Under the pieces are notes generated by a model. That model had not been told where the DNA came from. It saw only the letters and a program-made list of their open reading frames with translations, and made no database searches. Made by a program: the position numbers and the translations under genes. From Planctomycetota bacterium (GTDB lineage Bacteria > Planctomycetota > B15-G4), in the NCBI GenBank assembly GCA_029259695.1, contig JAJDEQ010000232.1, positions 40,171 through 104,170 of the forward strand: DNA of 64,000 bases, in the 5' to 3' direction. Shown one piece after another: positions 1 through 10,136 of the stretch. The stretch's first letter is position 1. The number at the start of each line of letters is the position of its first letter.

Positions 1-502
1 GCTCGAGCTGCGCGGCCAGGGTGCGGCGTTCCGCACCGGCGCGGAGCTGCCCCAGGTGCTCGATGTAGCTCCCCGGGCCCCCGCTCTTGTAGCCGGTGCG
101 CCCGTACACCAGGCCCTCCGGCGTCATCAGCAACACCGTCGGGTAGCCCTGGACCCCGTAGCGCTTCGCGTGCCGGCCGTTGCGCGCGCGCAGTTCGGGC
201 CCCATCGCGTTGAAGGCCTCCCCACCGCGGCGCGGATAGTCGAGCGAGACCAGCACCAGGTTCTCGGCGGCGTAGTCCTTGAAGGCCGGCTTGCTGAAGA
301 CCTCCTCGTCGAGCTTGATGCACCAACCGCACCAGTCCGAGCCGGTGAAGTCGACCAGCACATCGCGGCCGAGCTGCCGCGCCTTGGCCAGGGCCGGCTC
401 GAGGTCCGGCTCCCAACCCGCCCCACTCGCCGCGGCGACGGGGATCGTGACGGCCAGGGCCAGGGCGGCGCTGGCGCAGCGCAGGAAGTTGGCGGGGCGC
501 AT
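1..502 (-). CDS. Secreted thioredoxin-fold protein (3' end runs off window start)
   Basis: Absent from the ORF track because no stop lies in the window. Manual translation from ATG (cat at 500-502): MRPANFLRCASAALALAVT (signal-like), then DFTGSDWCGWCIKLDEEVF with a WCGWC CxxC active site and GVQGYPTVLL cis-Pro loop. Confidence 0.8.
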   Translation of the reverse strand, partial: MRPANFLRCASAALALAVTIPVAAASGAGWEPDLEPALAKARQLGRDVLVDFTGSDWCGWCIKLDEEVFSKPAFKDYAAENLVLVSLDYPRRGGEAFNAMGPELRARNGRHAKRYGVQGYPTVLLMTPEGLVYGRTGYKSGGPGSYIEHLGQLRAGAERRTLAAQLE

Positions 503-681
503 GAGCAGGTCCTTTCGTTCGGGGCATCTCGTCTCGAGCACTCGACTCGTCTCGATCATTTGACGGGCGTTCCCCGGTGATCGCACGGGTTGGCCCGATT
601 CTCACCCACGAAGCGCCTGTCGCGAAGGGCCCATCTGCCCGAGGGCCTCAGGCCGCGATCCGCCACCGTCCGAGGCCTCGA

Positions 682-2109
682 TCAGGCCCCTACGTTGCGC
701 TGGTGCTCGGCCAACACGTGGGCGACGCAACTCGTGAGCCGCCGGCCCGTGTCGAGGTGCAGGAACTCGTTGGGTCCATGGGCGTTCGAGGCCGGCCCCA
801 GCACGCCGGTGATCATGTACTGCGCCTCGGGGAAGCGCTCGCCGAGCATGGCCATGAACGGGATCGTCCCGCCCTCCCCCATCGAACAGGCCGGCGGACC
901 GAAGTAGGTGCGGCTGGCTTCGTCCAGCGCCGCCTCGAGCCAGCCGGCGACCGGGGGCGCGTTCCATCCCGAGCACGGGTCGGAGACCTCGAAGGAGACG
1001 CGGGCCCCGTAGGGCGGGTCCGCTTCGAGCACCCGCTTGACCTGCGCCGCTGCCTGCTCGCCGTCGCAGGTCGGGGGCAACCGCAGCGAGAGCTTCAACG
1101 CGGTGTGGGGGCGCAGCACGTTGCCGGCAGTCGCCAGCGGCATCAGGCCGTCCTGTCCCGTCACGGCCAGGCTCGCGCGCCAGGTGCGATTGAGGACCAG
1201 TTCCACCGGGTCGGCGTGCGTCGGCACGACGCCGGGCAGCAACGGGTACTTGCCTCCCACCGAGTCGCCCAGGGTCTCCGCGGCCCGACGGGCCTGCTCA
1301 CGCCGCGCGGCGGGGATGTCCACCACCAGCTCCGGCAGGATCACCGCACCGCTGACCCCGTCCTCCAGGCGCCCGAGCAACTCGCGCACGATCCTGAACG
1401 TGCCGGGCACGATGCCGCCCCCATCGCCCGAGTGGATGCCCTCGGTCAACACGTCGACCCGCAACGTGCCGAGCACCAGGCCGCGCAGCGACGTAGTGCA
1501 CCAGAGTTGTTCGTAGTTGCCGCACCCGGAGTCCAGGCACACCACCAGTTCGGGGCGCCCGATGCGCTCGGCGAGCACCTCCAGGTAGTACGGCAGGTCG
1601 TAGCTGCCGCTCTCCTCACAGGCCTCGATCAGTACCACGCAACGCCCGTGGGGCACCCCCTGCTCGCGCAGGGCGTTGATCGCCGTGAGCGACGCATAGG
1701 CCGCGTAGCCGTCGTCCGCGCCACCCCGGCCGTAGAGCTTGCCGTCGCGCAACACGGGCTCCCAGGGCCCCAGGCCGTCGTGCCAGCCGTCCATGGGCGG
1801 TTGCTTGTCGAGGTGGCCGTAGAGCAGCACGGTGTGGTCTGAGTCGCCCGGCAGCTCCATCAGGATCACCGGCGTCCGGCCGGGAAGCCGCACGACCTCG
1901 ACCTCCATCTGCTCCGGCGCGTGGGCCCGGCACCAGTCCGCCACGCAGCGCACCGCCTGCTCCATGTGGCCGTGCGCCTCCCAGTCGGGGTCGAACAGCG
2001 GGGAGACGTTGGGGATGCGGATGTAGTCGATCAGGCTGGGAACGATCGCGTCGCCCCAGACTCCATCGACGAACTCGGCGGTGCGTTGCGGGTCCATGGC
2101 CGGGAGCAT
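682..2109 (-). CDS. M20-family metallopeptidase (dipeptidase, ArgE/DapE/Cys-Gly dipeptidase-like)
   Basis: ORF 682..2337 trimmed to ATG 2109 (MLPAMDPQ). M20 metal-ligand motifs LYGHLDKQPP, GRGGADDGY, IEACEESGS and C-terminal GEGGTIPF. Confidence 0.85.
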   Translation of the reverse strand: MLPAMDPQRTAEFVDGVWGDAIVPSLIDYIRIPNVSPLFDPDWEAHGHMEQAVRCVADWCRAHAPEQMEVEVVRLPGRTPVILMELPGDSDHTVLLYGHLDKQPPMDGWHDGLGPWEPVLRDGKLYGRGGADDGYAAYASLTAINALREQGVPHGRCVVLIEACEESGSYDLPYYLEVLAERIGRPELVVCLDSGCGNYEQLWCTTSLRGLVLGTLRVDVLTEGIHSGDGGGIVPGTFRIVRELLGRLEDGVSGAVILPELVVDIPAARREQARRAAETLGDSVGGKYPLLPGVVPTHADPVELVLNRTWRASLAVTGQDGLMPLATAGNVLRPHTALKLSLRLPPTCDGEQAAAQVKRVLEADPPYGARVSFEVSDPCSGWNAPPVAGWLEAALDEASRTYFGPPACSMGEGGTIPFMAMLGERFPEAQYMITGVLGPASNAHGPNEFLHLDTGRRLTSCVAHVLAEHQRNVGA

Positions 2110-2330
2110 AATCGGCCCCGGTTCGTTCGGTGCCGTCGTTTGTGGCCCTCTCCGGTGCGGGGACACCTTGAAACATCCGCATACGTGTAGAATGATCCGC
2201 TCTGGTTGCGCTCGGCGAGAGCATCGCTCGAGACCCCGCCCAGTCCCCCCTGCTCTCTCCACGCTCACTGCTTCCCCAGGCTGCGAGGCGCCACCCCTGG
2301 TGCCGCTCGCGAGCCCCGGCGGCGATCCCC

Positions 2331-2903
2331 ATGGCACGTCCGATCACCTACGACCCTGAGCTCGCCCTCGAGCGCGCCATGGAGCTGTTCTGGAGCCGCG
2401 GCTACGGGGCGGTGAGCGTCGACGAGGTGGTCAAGGCGACCGGCCTCAATCGGCACAGCCTCTACGCGCGCTACGGCAACAAGTACGGACTGCTGCAAGC
2501 GGCCCTGCAACGCTACGGTGCCCAGGCCGTCGGCCGAATCCGCGAGATCCTCGACGGCGGGGCGACACCGCGCGAGCGACTCGAAGCACTCATGGAGTTG
2601 CGCGACCCGGAGCGGGCCGACCCCTTCTGGCAACAGATGATGGACCGCGGCTGCATGGCCCACCGCGCCGCCACCGAGCTGCGCCAGAAGCACCCCGAAC
2701 TCGAAGCAGGCACGCGTGCTTTCGACGCGATGTTCCTCGGGATGATCACCGAGGTCGTGCACGAGGGTCAGGAGTCAGGGCAATTCCGCACCGACCGCAG
2801 CGCCGAGGAACTCGCTTCGATCTTCGTCGGCGGCTTCATGGTGCCCCTGGTGATCTCGGCCTGCGAGACGCGCAACCGCGCGTTCGTGGCCATGCTCTCT
2901 TGA
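2331..2903 (+). CDS. TetR/AcrR-family transcriptional regulator
   Basis: N-terminal HTH YGAVSVDEVVKATGLNRHSLYARYGNKYGLL; about 190 aa, typical TetR size. Confidence 0.9.
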   Translation: MARPITYDPELALERAMELFWSRGYGAVSVDEVVKATGLNRHSLYARYGNKYGLLQAALQRYGAQAVGRIREILDGGATPRERLEALMELRDPERADPFWQQMMDRGCMAHRAATELRQKHPELEAGTRAFDAMFLGMITEVVHEGQESGQFRTDRSAEELASIFVGGFMVPLVISACETRNRAFVAMLS

Positions 2904-2937
2904 GCCGCCCGGACGCTTCGGGCGCCACCGGTCGGAC

Positions 2938-3927
2938 TTGAGCGGCAACGTGGACCCGACCTCGATCTCCAGCGGCGTGCTGCTGGTGAACCTGGGTTCC
3001 CCCGACGCCCCCACCACACCCGCCGTCCGGCGCTACCTGCGCGAGTTCCTGTCCGACCCCAACGTGGTGGACGTCCCGCGCATCATCTGGTGGCCGCTGC
3101 TGCGCGGGATCATCCTGCCCTTCCGGGCGCCCAAGTCCGCCGCGCTGTACCAGCGCGTGTGGACCGACGCCGGATCGCCCCTGATCGCCCTGAGCCGTGA
3201 GCAGCAGTGCGCGCTCCAGGAGCGCGTGGGCCCCGACGTCCCGGTCGGCCTGGGCATGCGCTACGGCAACCCCTCGATCCGGGAGGCACTCGTTTCCCTG
3301 CGCGAGCAGGGCTGCTCCCGGGTCGTGCTGCTGACCATGTTCCCGCAGTACGCGCGGGCCACGGTCGGGACGGCGATCGAGAAGGTCGAGCAGGAGCTGT
3401 CACGCCTGCACTGGACGCCCGACCTGCACGTGGTGCCGCCCTACTTCGAGCACCCCGGGTACATCGCCGCCCTGGCCGCCGGCGTGCGCCGTACCCTCGC
3501 GCAGGCCCCGGCTGATCATCTCGTCTTCAGCTTCCACGGCTTGCCGCAGAAGCAGGTCGACCGGGGCGATCCCTACCAACGTCATTGTGAAGCCAGCGCC
3601 CGGGCCCTGGCCGCCGCCCTGCAACTGGACGCCGACGCCTGGACGCTGGTCTACCAGTCGCGCTTCGGTCCGCAGCCGTGGCTCCAACCGTACGCCGACG
3701 AACGGGTGCCCGAACTGGCCGCGACCCATGCCCGGATCGCGGTCGCCTGCCCCGGCTTCACCGCCGACTGCATCGAGACCCTCGACGAGATCGGCGAACT
3801 GTTGCGGGCGACGTTCCTCGAAGCCGGCGGCGAGGACCTGCGCCTGGTCCCCTGCCTCAACGCCGACGACGCCTGGATCGATGCCATGCACGCCCTGGTC
3901 GAGCCGCTGTTGCGCGCCCCGGCCTGA
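2938..3927 (+). CDS. hemH: Ferrochelatase
   Basis: TTG start. VLLVNLGSPDAPT, RRYLREFLSDP, FSFHGLPQK, QSRFGPQPWLQPY are ferrochelatase hallmarks. Confidence 0.9.
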   Translation: MSGNVDPTSISSGVLLVNLGSPDAPTTPAVRRYLREFLSDPNVVDVPRIIWWPLLRGIILPFRAPKSAALYQRVWTDAGSPLIALSREQQCALQERVGPDVPVGLGMRYGNPSIREALVSLREQGCSRVVLLTMFPQYARATVGTAIEKVEQELSRLHWTPDLHVVPPYFEHPGYIAALAAGVRRTLAQAPADHLVFSFHGLPQKQVDRGDPYQRHCEASARALAAALQLDADAWTLVYQSRFGPQPWLQPYADERVPELAATHARIAVACPGFTADCIETLDEIGELLRATFLEAGGEDLRLVPCLNADDAWIDAMHALVEPLLRAPA

Positions 3928-3932
3928 ACTCC

Positions 3933-5114
3933 TCAGCCGTCGCCGCCCCCGCCCTCGGGAAGGCCCTCTGCATCAGGCACGTCCGCGCCCTCCGCGCCCG
4001 GCTCGGTCTCCGGGACACTCTCGGGAGCTGACGGGGCGGGCTCCACCTCGGGCGGCCCCGGTTGCTCCTCCGGCACGACCTCCACCAGCACGTCGTCCAG
4101 GCGTCGGCGGAACTCGTTGCCCTTGTAGTCCGGCAGGACGAAGGCGAAGCGCATCACGTGCTCGTCCAGCGCCGTCGCCTCCTGGGTGACGCTCGGCTGC
4201 ACGTCGTCGCCTACCGTCGTAGCGCGCAGACGCGCGTGGAAGCGCCCGTCGGGATCATCGTCGATGGGTACGGTCGTGACCGTGATCATCAGTCCGTCGA
4301 AGGTCTGGAATGCGGCCTTGACCGCGTCGTCACGCTCGAGCTCGATGCCCGCCAGGTCAACCACGTCGTCGAAGGTCACGTAGCTGAGCAGGCCCGCCAG
4401 TCGGCGACCCTCGGACGGGCTCTTGGGCGCCCGGCCCTCCGGCACCCGGGCCAACTCGAAGTCGGGGTCAGCCTGGTCCTCTTTCCGGGCGATGACCTGT
4501 TCCCCGTCGGCATGGGTCAGCACGACCCGCTGCACCCGCTCGACGTCGAAGCGCATCAGCACCTTGTCGATCCAGCCGATCGGCTCGACGGGGACGTCGA
4601 CGCGCTCCGAAGCCACGTAGGACGGCCCGTCGTCCGGCTTGCGCACGTAGACCTCCTGGCCGCTGCCCGTGCGCGGGTTGCCGATGATCACCGCAGCCAG
4701 CACCGCGTCGTTCTCGTCCAGCAGGCGCACCCGGCGGGCGCCCCCCCCGTCGGCCCCCGGCTCGCCGACCCCCAGCCGGTCGTACTTGGTCGGGTCGGAG
4801 GTCATGACCTCGACCACCTGCATGCGTTCGAGCGAGAACAGCAGCTTGCTCACGGTCTCGGGGTTGGCGGGGTAGTTCGCCTTGGCCGGGAGGCTCCATG
4901 ACCGCCCGCTGCCCTTGAGCTGGAAGTGCTCGTCACCCGCGAGCACGTCGATCGTGCGGACATCGTTGAGCACGTCGACGAGCCCCTTGATCACCGGCTG
5001 ACCGCGCTCGGGAGGACCCGCGGCGCCGGCCTTGTCGTAGCGTGACCAGATGGTCCCGGCGGCCACCAGCAGCGTCACCACGATCAGCGCGAAGAGCGTG
5101 TTCGGTCGCATCAT
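3933..5114 (-). CDS. DUF4340-like membrane-anchored protein, last gene of GldA/F/G-type ABC operon
   Basis: Start trimmed to MMRPNTLFALIVVTLLVAAG (N-terminal TM). ATG overlaps the stop of the upstream GldG-like gene (5111-5114). Acidic Pro-rich tail. The position matches the known ABC-2/GldG/DUF4340 gene order. Confidence 0.7.
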   Translation of the reverse strand: MMRPNTLFALIVVTLLVAAGTIWSRYDKAGAAGPPERGQPVIKGLVDVLNDVRTIDVLAGDEHFQLKGSGRSWSLPAKANYPANPETVSKLLFSLERMQVVEVMTSDPTKYDRLGVGEPGADGGGARRVRLLDENDAVLAAVIIGNPRTGSGQEVYVRKPDDGPSYVASERVDVPVEPIGWIDKVLMRFDVERVQRVVLTHADGEQVIARKEDQADPDFELARVPEGRAPKSPSEGRRLAGLLSYVTFDDVVDLAGIELERDDAVKAAFQTFDGLMITVTTVPIDDDPDGRFHARLRATTVGDDVQPSVTQEATALDEHVMRFAFVLPDYKGNEFRRRLDDVLVEVVPEEQPGPPEVEPAPSAPESVPETEPGAEGADVPDAEGLPEGGGGDG

Positions 5115-7048
5115 CCCTCCCTCCGACGCCGGTTGCGGAAGCTCCACTGGGCCACCGCTGCGATCAGCACGAGCAACGGCACGAGGCCGATGTTGGCCAG
5201 CTTGAGCTGCGCCTTGAGCCGCTCGATGTCCTTGTTCAGCGCGTACTGGACGTTGCGCAACTGCTTGCGGATCTTGATCCGCTCCGCCTGGAACAGATCG
5301 ATCGCTTCGCGTTGCTCGGGGCTGAGGAAGACCTGGCCTGGCGACGCTGCCCCATCGCCCTTCTGGGTCTCGAGGTCGTTGATCTGCTGCTCGGTGTCGC
5401 TGAGCTTCTGCTGCAGCTTCTGCTCCTCTTCCAGGAAGCGCTCCTCGGCCTGACGTTCCAGCTCGTCCATGTACACGAACGGGCGCGAGAAACCGGCGCG
5501 ACTGCGCACGCTGATCAGGTCATCGCTGCCGCTGAGATTCTCCAGCGCGTTGATCACGAAGTCGCCGTTGTTGGCGGACTGCTGGACCATGCGCATGCCC
5601 AGGAAGTTCTGGAACTGCACCCAGAAGCGGTCCGTGAGCATGTCGACGTCAGCCGCCACGATCACGTTGATCGGACGCTCCGATCGCTCGATGTGTCCGC
5701 CGGCCTGCTCGCCCGCTTCCGCTTCGTCCTCGCTCGCGTCGGCGTCCGGATCGTCGTCGCTCCCCCCCAGCCCGCCGGGGAACGCCGTCTCCGCCGGACC
5801 GCGCACGCGCATCGCCACCGCCAGCGCCTCGCCCGTGGGTACGTACTCCCGCAGCATGGCCTTGGGGTCGGGCATGAACTGCACCTTGGTCGCCTCGATC
5901 TCCGCCGCGTCGTCACTCGACACGATCAACGGCACGGTCGTGGTCGCGGCGCCGGCCAGCGGCCGCAGGATGCCCGCCGTGCCGAGGTTGATGCGCGTGA
6001 TCTGGGAGGTGACCGCGTCGGCTGTGTCGAACTGCCCCTCCTGCAGTGCGAGCCACAACACGTAGTGCACGACCTCGGGGCGATCGGGCGTGCCGGCTCG
6101 GATCTGCAGCGCGAACTGGCGGTCACCCAGCACGCGGTCGGGCACCATCTCGATGCCCCAGGCCGCGAACAGCGGCCCGAGATCCGAGAGCCGCGAGGCC
6201 ATCATGGCTGCCATCGGGTTGTTGGGGTCCTGGGGGGGTTGGTCCACCTCGCAGTACGGGTCGACGAAGACCAGCGCGTGCCCGCCGCCGAGCACGTACT
6301 GATCGATCGCGTAGAGCGCCTCGTCAGGGAACTCCTTGGGGTGCACGACCATCAGCACGGCGGTCTCCGCCGGGATCTCCGGCGCCGAGGGCAGCACGAA
6401 GCGCACATCGAAGAACTCGCGAGCCTGGTCGACGATGTACCAGGCCGGAGCCGGGGGTGGTGCGCCGGGGAACATCGCCGGCGGCCCCCCGTCGATCGGC
6501 AGGCCCGACATGATCGCCACCACCGGTTGCTCGGAGCTGCCCACCCGGTGGATCAGGCTGGACACGTCGTACTCGAGCAGGTTCTCCCGTTGCATGTCGA
6601 ACCAGGGGATCAACTCCCGCTCGTCGACGCTGTTCGAGATCACGAGCCCGAAGTAGATCATCTCGCGGGTCGGCCCCATGGCACCGCGCAGGCCGGCGGC
6701 CACGGCCTCGTCCTCCGCCTCGGAGAACGGCTCGGGGTCGACCAGTTCGAGCCGCAGGTTCCCGCCCGAAACGCTCTCGTACTCCTCCAGCAACTCGCGC
6801 ACACGCTGGGCGTAGCTCACCAGTTCCGGCAGCCCGGCGGCCAGCCCGTCGGAGAAGTACAGGCGTGCGGTGATCGGTTCGTCGAGGCCGCGCACGATCT
6901 TCTTGCTGCCTTCGGACAGCGTGTACAGGTTGCCCTCGGTGAGGTCGAGGCGCGCGCCGGTCAGGGTCGTGTCGACCAGGATGTTGAGCAGCAGCAGGAG
7001 GATCAGCGCGACCACCAGGCTGCCGAAGATCAGTTTGGTTCTGTTCAT
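5111..7048 (-). CDS. GldG-like auxiliary component of ABC-type transport system
   Basis: Start trimmed to ATG 7048 (MNRTKLIFGSLVVALILLLLL, TM). C-terminal coiled coil plus TM (IGLVPLLVLIAAVAQW). Sits between the ABC-2 permease and the DUF4340 gene. Confidence 0.75.
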   Translation of the reverse strand: MNRTKLIFGSLVVALILLLLLNILVDTTLTGARLDLTEGNLYTLSEGSKKIVRGLDEPITARLYFSDGLAAGLPELVSYAQRVRELLEEYESVSGGNLRLELVDPEPFSEAEDEAVAAGLRGAMGPTREMIYFGLVISNSVDERELIPWFDMQRENLLEYDVSSLIHRVGSSEQPVVAIMSGLPIDGGPPAMFPGAPPPAPAWYIVDQAREFFDVRFVLPSAPEIPAETAVLMVVHPKEFPDEALYAIDQYVLGGGHALVFVDPYCEVDQPPQDPNNPMAAMMASRLSDLGPLFAAWGIEMVPDRVLGDRQFALQIRAGTPDRPEVVHYVLWLALQEGQFDTADAVTSQITRINLGTAGILRPLAGAATTTVPLIVSSDDAAEIEATKVQFMPDPKAMLREYVPTGEALAVAMRVRGPAETAFPGGLGGSDDDPDADASEDEAEAGEQAGGHIERSERPINVIVAADVDMLTDRFWVQFQNFLGMRMVQQSANNGDFVINALENLSGSDDLISVRSRAGFSRPFVYMDELERQAEERFLEEEQKLQQKLSDTEQQINDLETQKGDGAASPGQVFLSPEQREAIDLFQAERIKIRKQLRNVQYALNKDIERLKAQLKLANIGLVPLLVLIAAVAQWSFRNRRRREG

Positions 7049-7062
7049 CGTCAGGACTCGGT

Positions 7063-7797
7063 TCAATCCGCCTTGCGCAGGTCGAGCGCCAGCGCGTTGG
7101 CAAACAGCCAGAAGGCGATCAGCGACGCGAAGAAGAACAGGTCGCGCGCGTCGATCACGCCCTTGCTGACCGCGTCGAAGTGCGTCAGGAAGCTCATCGT
7201 GGCCACGGCCTCGAGCAGCGGCGCCGGCGCCCAGCTCTTGAACACGTCGAGCACTGGCGGGAACCCGCTGGCCAGGAAGCCGAAGCTCACGAACAGACTC
7301 ATCACGAAGGCGATCACCTGGTTGCGCGTGAGCGACGAGATGCACGAACCGATGGCCAGGTAGCCCCCGGCCATCAGCAGGCTGCCCACGTAGCTTGCAA
7401 GGATGACCCCGTTGTCGGGCTCACCGAGGATGTTGACGGTGATCCAGAGCGGGAAGGTCAGCGCCAGCGCGATGCCGGTGAAACACCAGGCGGCCAGGAA
7501 CTTCCCCAGCACGGCCTGGGTCATGGTGATCGGCAACGTGAACAACAGTTCGATCGTCCCGGCCCGGCGCTCCTCGGCCCACAGGCGCATGGAGATGGCG
7601 GGGATCAGGAACAGGTACAGCCAGGGGTGGAACGAGAAGAACGGTCGCAGGTCCGCCTGCCCGCGTTCGAGGAAGCCCCCGAAGTAGAAGGTCAGCACGC
7701 CGGAGAGCAGCAGGAAGACACAGATGAACACGTACGCCACCGGCGTCGTGAAGTACCCGGCGAGCTCGCGCCGGAAGACAACCATGGTCGGCCTCAT
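7063..7797 (-). CDS. ABC-2 type permease (GldF-like)
   Basis: Start trimmed to MRPTMVVFRRELAGYFTTPVAYVF. Multi-TM protein. Start abuts the stop of the ATPase gene (7794-7797). Confidence 0.8.
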   Translation of the reverse strand: MRPTMVVFRRELAGYFTTPVAYVFICVFLLLSGVLTFYFGGFLERGQADLRPFFSFHPWLYLFLIPAISMRLWAEERRAGTIELLFTLPITMTQAVLGKFLAAWCFTGIALALTFPLWITVNILGEPDNGVILASYVGSLLMAGGYLAIGSCISSLTRNQVIAFVMSLFVSFGFLASGFPPVLDVFKSWAPAPLLEAVATMSFLTHFDAVSKGVIDARDLFFFASLIAFWLFANALALDLRKAD

Positions 7798-8753
7798 GCC
7801 GCGCCTCCTTCCCCACGGGCCGTGATGTCCCGGAAGACCTCGTCCAGGCGCCCCTGCTCGACGTGGAGCTCGGCGACCTCCCATTGCTGCTCGCGGGCGA
7901 GCTGACCGACGTCATCGACGATCGACTGGCCGTCTCGCGGGAACACGCGGAAACGTGCACGCCCGTCGGCCGACTCGAGCGCCTCGACTTCGAACACGTT
8001 CGCCAGGCCGGCCAGTGCTCCTCCCGCAGCGGACGCCGAAGCGGCGCCGACGGACAAGCTGACGGCGTTGTGGTAGCGCGACCTGGCCTCGAGCTCGCTC
8101 GGCGTGCCGTCGGCGACGATCTTGCCGCGCGCGATCACGATCGCCCGGGAGCACACGGCGTGCACTTCCTCGAGGATGTGCGTCGACAGCACGATGACCT
8201 TGTCCGCGGCCATCTCCTGGATCAGCTCACGGACCTCGTGCTTCTGGTTGGGGTCCAGGCCGTCGGTGGGCTCGTCCATGATCAGCACGGCCGGATCGTG
8301 CAGGATCGCAAGCGCCAACCCGAGGCGTCGTTTGTAGCCCTTCGAGAGGGTCTCGATGCGCTGGTTGAGCACGCTCCGGAGGTTGGCCTTCTCACCGGCC
8401 GCGTCCACCCGCCGCCCCAGTTCCGCCCCGCCGAACCCGCGGATCTGGCCCACGAACCGCATCAGGCCCGCGGGCGTCATGTCGGGGTAGGTCGGGGCGC
8501 CCTCGGGCAGATACCCGATGGCGCGCTTGGCGGCGATGGCGTCGGTCGCGATGTCGTGCCCGCAGACCGCGACCTTGCCCCCCGTGGGGGCGATGAAGCC
8601 GGTGATCATGCGCATGGTGGTGGACTTCCCGGCCCCGTTGGGCCCCAGGAAGCCGAGCACCTCGCCGCTCTGAACGCCGAAGGACACGTCGTCCACCGCC
8701 GTGAAGTCGCCGAAGCGTTTCACGAGGTGCTGGATGTCGATGCTCGCCGACAT
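7794..8753 (-). CDS. ABC transporter ATP-binding protein (GldA-like)
   Basis: Start trimmed to ATG 8753 (MSASIDIQHLVKRF). Walker A GPNGAGKST, signature LSKGYKRRL, Walker B VLIMDEPTDGLD, H-loop LSTHIL. Confidence 0.9.
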   Translation of the reverse strand: MSASIDIQHLVKRFGDFTAVDDVSFGVQSGEVLGFLGPNGAGKSTTMRMITGFIAPTGGKVAVCGHDIATDAIAAKRAIGYLPEGAPTYPDMTPAGLMRFVGQIRGFGGAELGRRVDAAGEKANLRSVLNQRIETLSKGYKRRLGLALAILHDPAVLIMDEPTDGLDPNQKHEVRELIQEMAADKVIVLSTHILEEVHAVCSRAIVIARGKIVADGTPSELEARSRYHNAVSLSVGAASASAAGGALAGLANVFEVEALESADGRARFRVFPRDGQSIVDDVGQLAREQQWEVAELHVEQGRLDEVFRDITARGEGGAA

Positions 8754-9054
8754 GGCTCGAACGATCTCCGTGGGTGAAACACGAACACATGCGGGGGCTG
8801 CTCGCGCCGGGGACATCGGTCACCGCGCTGCATCGCACCGGGCCCCGGAGCCCACCCCCGGGTGCCCGCCCCAACTCTCGCCTCTGCCTTCCCCCCCCCG
8901 GCCGGGCCCGGCCACCTGGTGTCCGATCCACGAGGAACCGCGGGCAGTCGACATCGGCGCTCATGTACGAGCCCGTTGTTCTATCTGTGGGGGCACTCAG
9001 GTCAAGACCTGTCCACGTCGCCGCCACCGGGCCGGCACGGCATACTGGCGCGCC

Positions 9055-9693
9055 GTGCCCAGCTCCCCCCACAAGCCGTCGCGCGCTGCGCTCTCCAGAC
9101 TCGCCGCTTCCGACCCCCTCCTCGGAAGTGCGCTGCGCCGCGTGCCGCCGTTTCCGGGCTTCCCTGAGGCCGGCAGGAGCCGGCGCGAGACCCATTTCGC
9201 GCACATCGCACGGACCATCGTCTACCAGCAGCTGGCCGGGAGCGCAGCCCGGGCGATCCATGGGCGGGTCGCCGCCCTCACTCCGGACCCGCGCTTCCCG
9301 CGCCCGGAGGTGCTGCTCGCGCTCCCACCCCAGCGCCTGCTCGACGCCGGCCTCAGCCGGGCCAAGTGTGCGGCGCTGCTCGACCTCGCGCAGCGCGTCG
9401 TCGCCGGCGATCTGCGGCTGGCCGGCATCGCCCGACACGACGACGACGAGATCATCGAGCGCCTGACCGCTGTGCGCGGCATCGGCGTGTGGAGCGCCCA
9501 GATGTTCCTCATGTTCCGACTCGGCCGGCTCGACGTCATGCCTTCGTCCGACCTCGGGGTGCGCGAGGGACTGCGACGACTCGACGGGGCCGACGCGCGA
9601 CCCACCCCGAAGGCACTCGACGCGCGCGCAGCCGACTGGGCGCCGCTGCGCTCGGTCGCCGCCTGGGTGCTCTGGCGCCTCACCGAAGACTGA
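9055..9693 (+). CDS. HhH-GPD DNA glycosylase (AlkA-like 3-methyladenine glycosylase II)
   Basis: C-terminal 210 aa of ORF 8701..9693. HhH LTAVRGIGVWSAQMFLMF and catalytic-Asp region PSSDLGVREG. The first in-frame start near the conserved N-terminus is GTG 9055, so the start is uncertain. Confidence 0.7.
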   Translation: MPSSPHKPSRAALSRLAASDPLLGSALRRVPPFPGFPEAGRSRRETHFAHIARTIVYQQLAGSAARAIHGRVAALTPDPRFPRPEVLLALPPQRLLDAGLSRAKCAALLDLAQRVVAGDLRLAGIARHDDDEIIERLTAVRGIGVWSAQMFLMFRLGRLDVMPSSDLGVREGLRRLDGADARPTPKALDARAADWAPLRSVAAWVLWRLTED

Positions 9694-9708
9694 GGCGGCC
9701 CCTCGCCC

Positions 9709-10050
9709 TCAGTCGTCGGCGGTCTCCTCCGCCAGCCAGCGCAGGTAGTCCGGGTTGCCGCCCACGATCGGCAGCGCCACGACGCACGGCACGTCGTAGC
9801 CGTGCAGCGCCTCCACCCGCTCGCGCACCCGCTCGACGAGCGTCCGGCGCGTCTTGGCGAACATGACCACCTCGTGATCCCGCTGCAGTTCCCCTTCCCA
9901 GCGGTAGATCGAGACCGCGCCGGGGACGATGTTGACGCACGCCACCAACCGCTCGGCGACGAGCGTGCGGGCCATCGACTCGGCCTCGGCCGCACCCGGC
10001 GCGGTGATGTAGAGCGACACGAAGTCCGCGCCGTGGAAGCCATCCGTCAT
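9709..10050 (-). CDS. cutA: Divalent-cation tolerance protein CutA
   Basis: Only the last 113 aa of the 1052-aa ORF 9709..12867 are real: MTDGFHGADFVSLYITAP...ACVNIVPGAVSIYRWEGEL...ALPIVGGNPDYLRWL. ATG at 10050. Confidence 0.85.
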   Translation of the reverse strand: MTDGFHGADFVSLYITAPGAAEAESMARTLVAERLVACVNIVPGAVSIYRWEGELQRDHEVVMFAKTRRTLVERVRERVEALHGYDVPCVVALPIVGGNPDYLRWLAEETADD

Positions 10051-10081
10051 GCCGATTCCCCTTCCTCTCGCGCTGATCGAG

Positions 10082-10136
10082 CCGACCCTGCCGACCCAAC
10101 CTGCCAACCCTGACAACGCTCCCGACCCTGCCGACC
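10082..10136. repeat. Two perfect 15-nt direct repeats (CCGACCCTGCCGACC) 40 nt apart
   Basis: Copies at 10082-10096 and 10122-10136, with related cctgccaaccc between them. In the 366-nt divergent cutA / CRTAC1-like intergenic region. Confidence 0.9.

Noticed and set aside
2168-2193. TTGAAA ... TAGAAT as the tetR promoter in the divergent M20/TetR region
   Set aside because: The spacer is only 14 nt, too short for a standard sigma70 promoter. The nearby ATCCGC direct repeat (2175-2180 and 2195-2200) is not a TetR-type inverted repeat. It is left uncalled.
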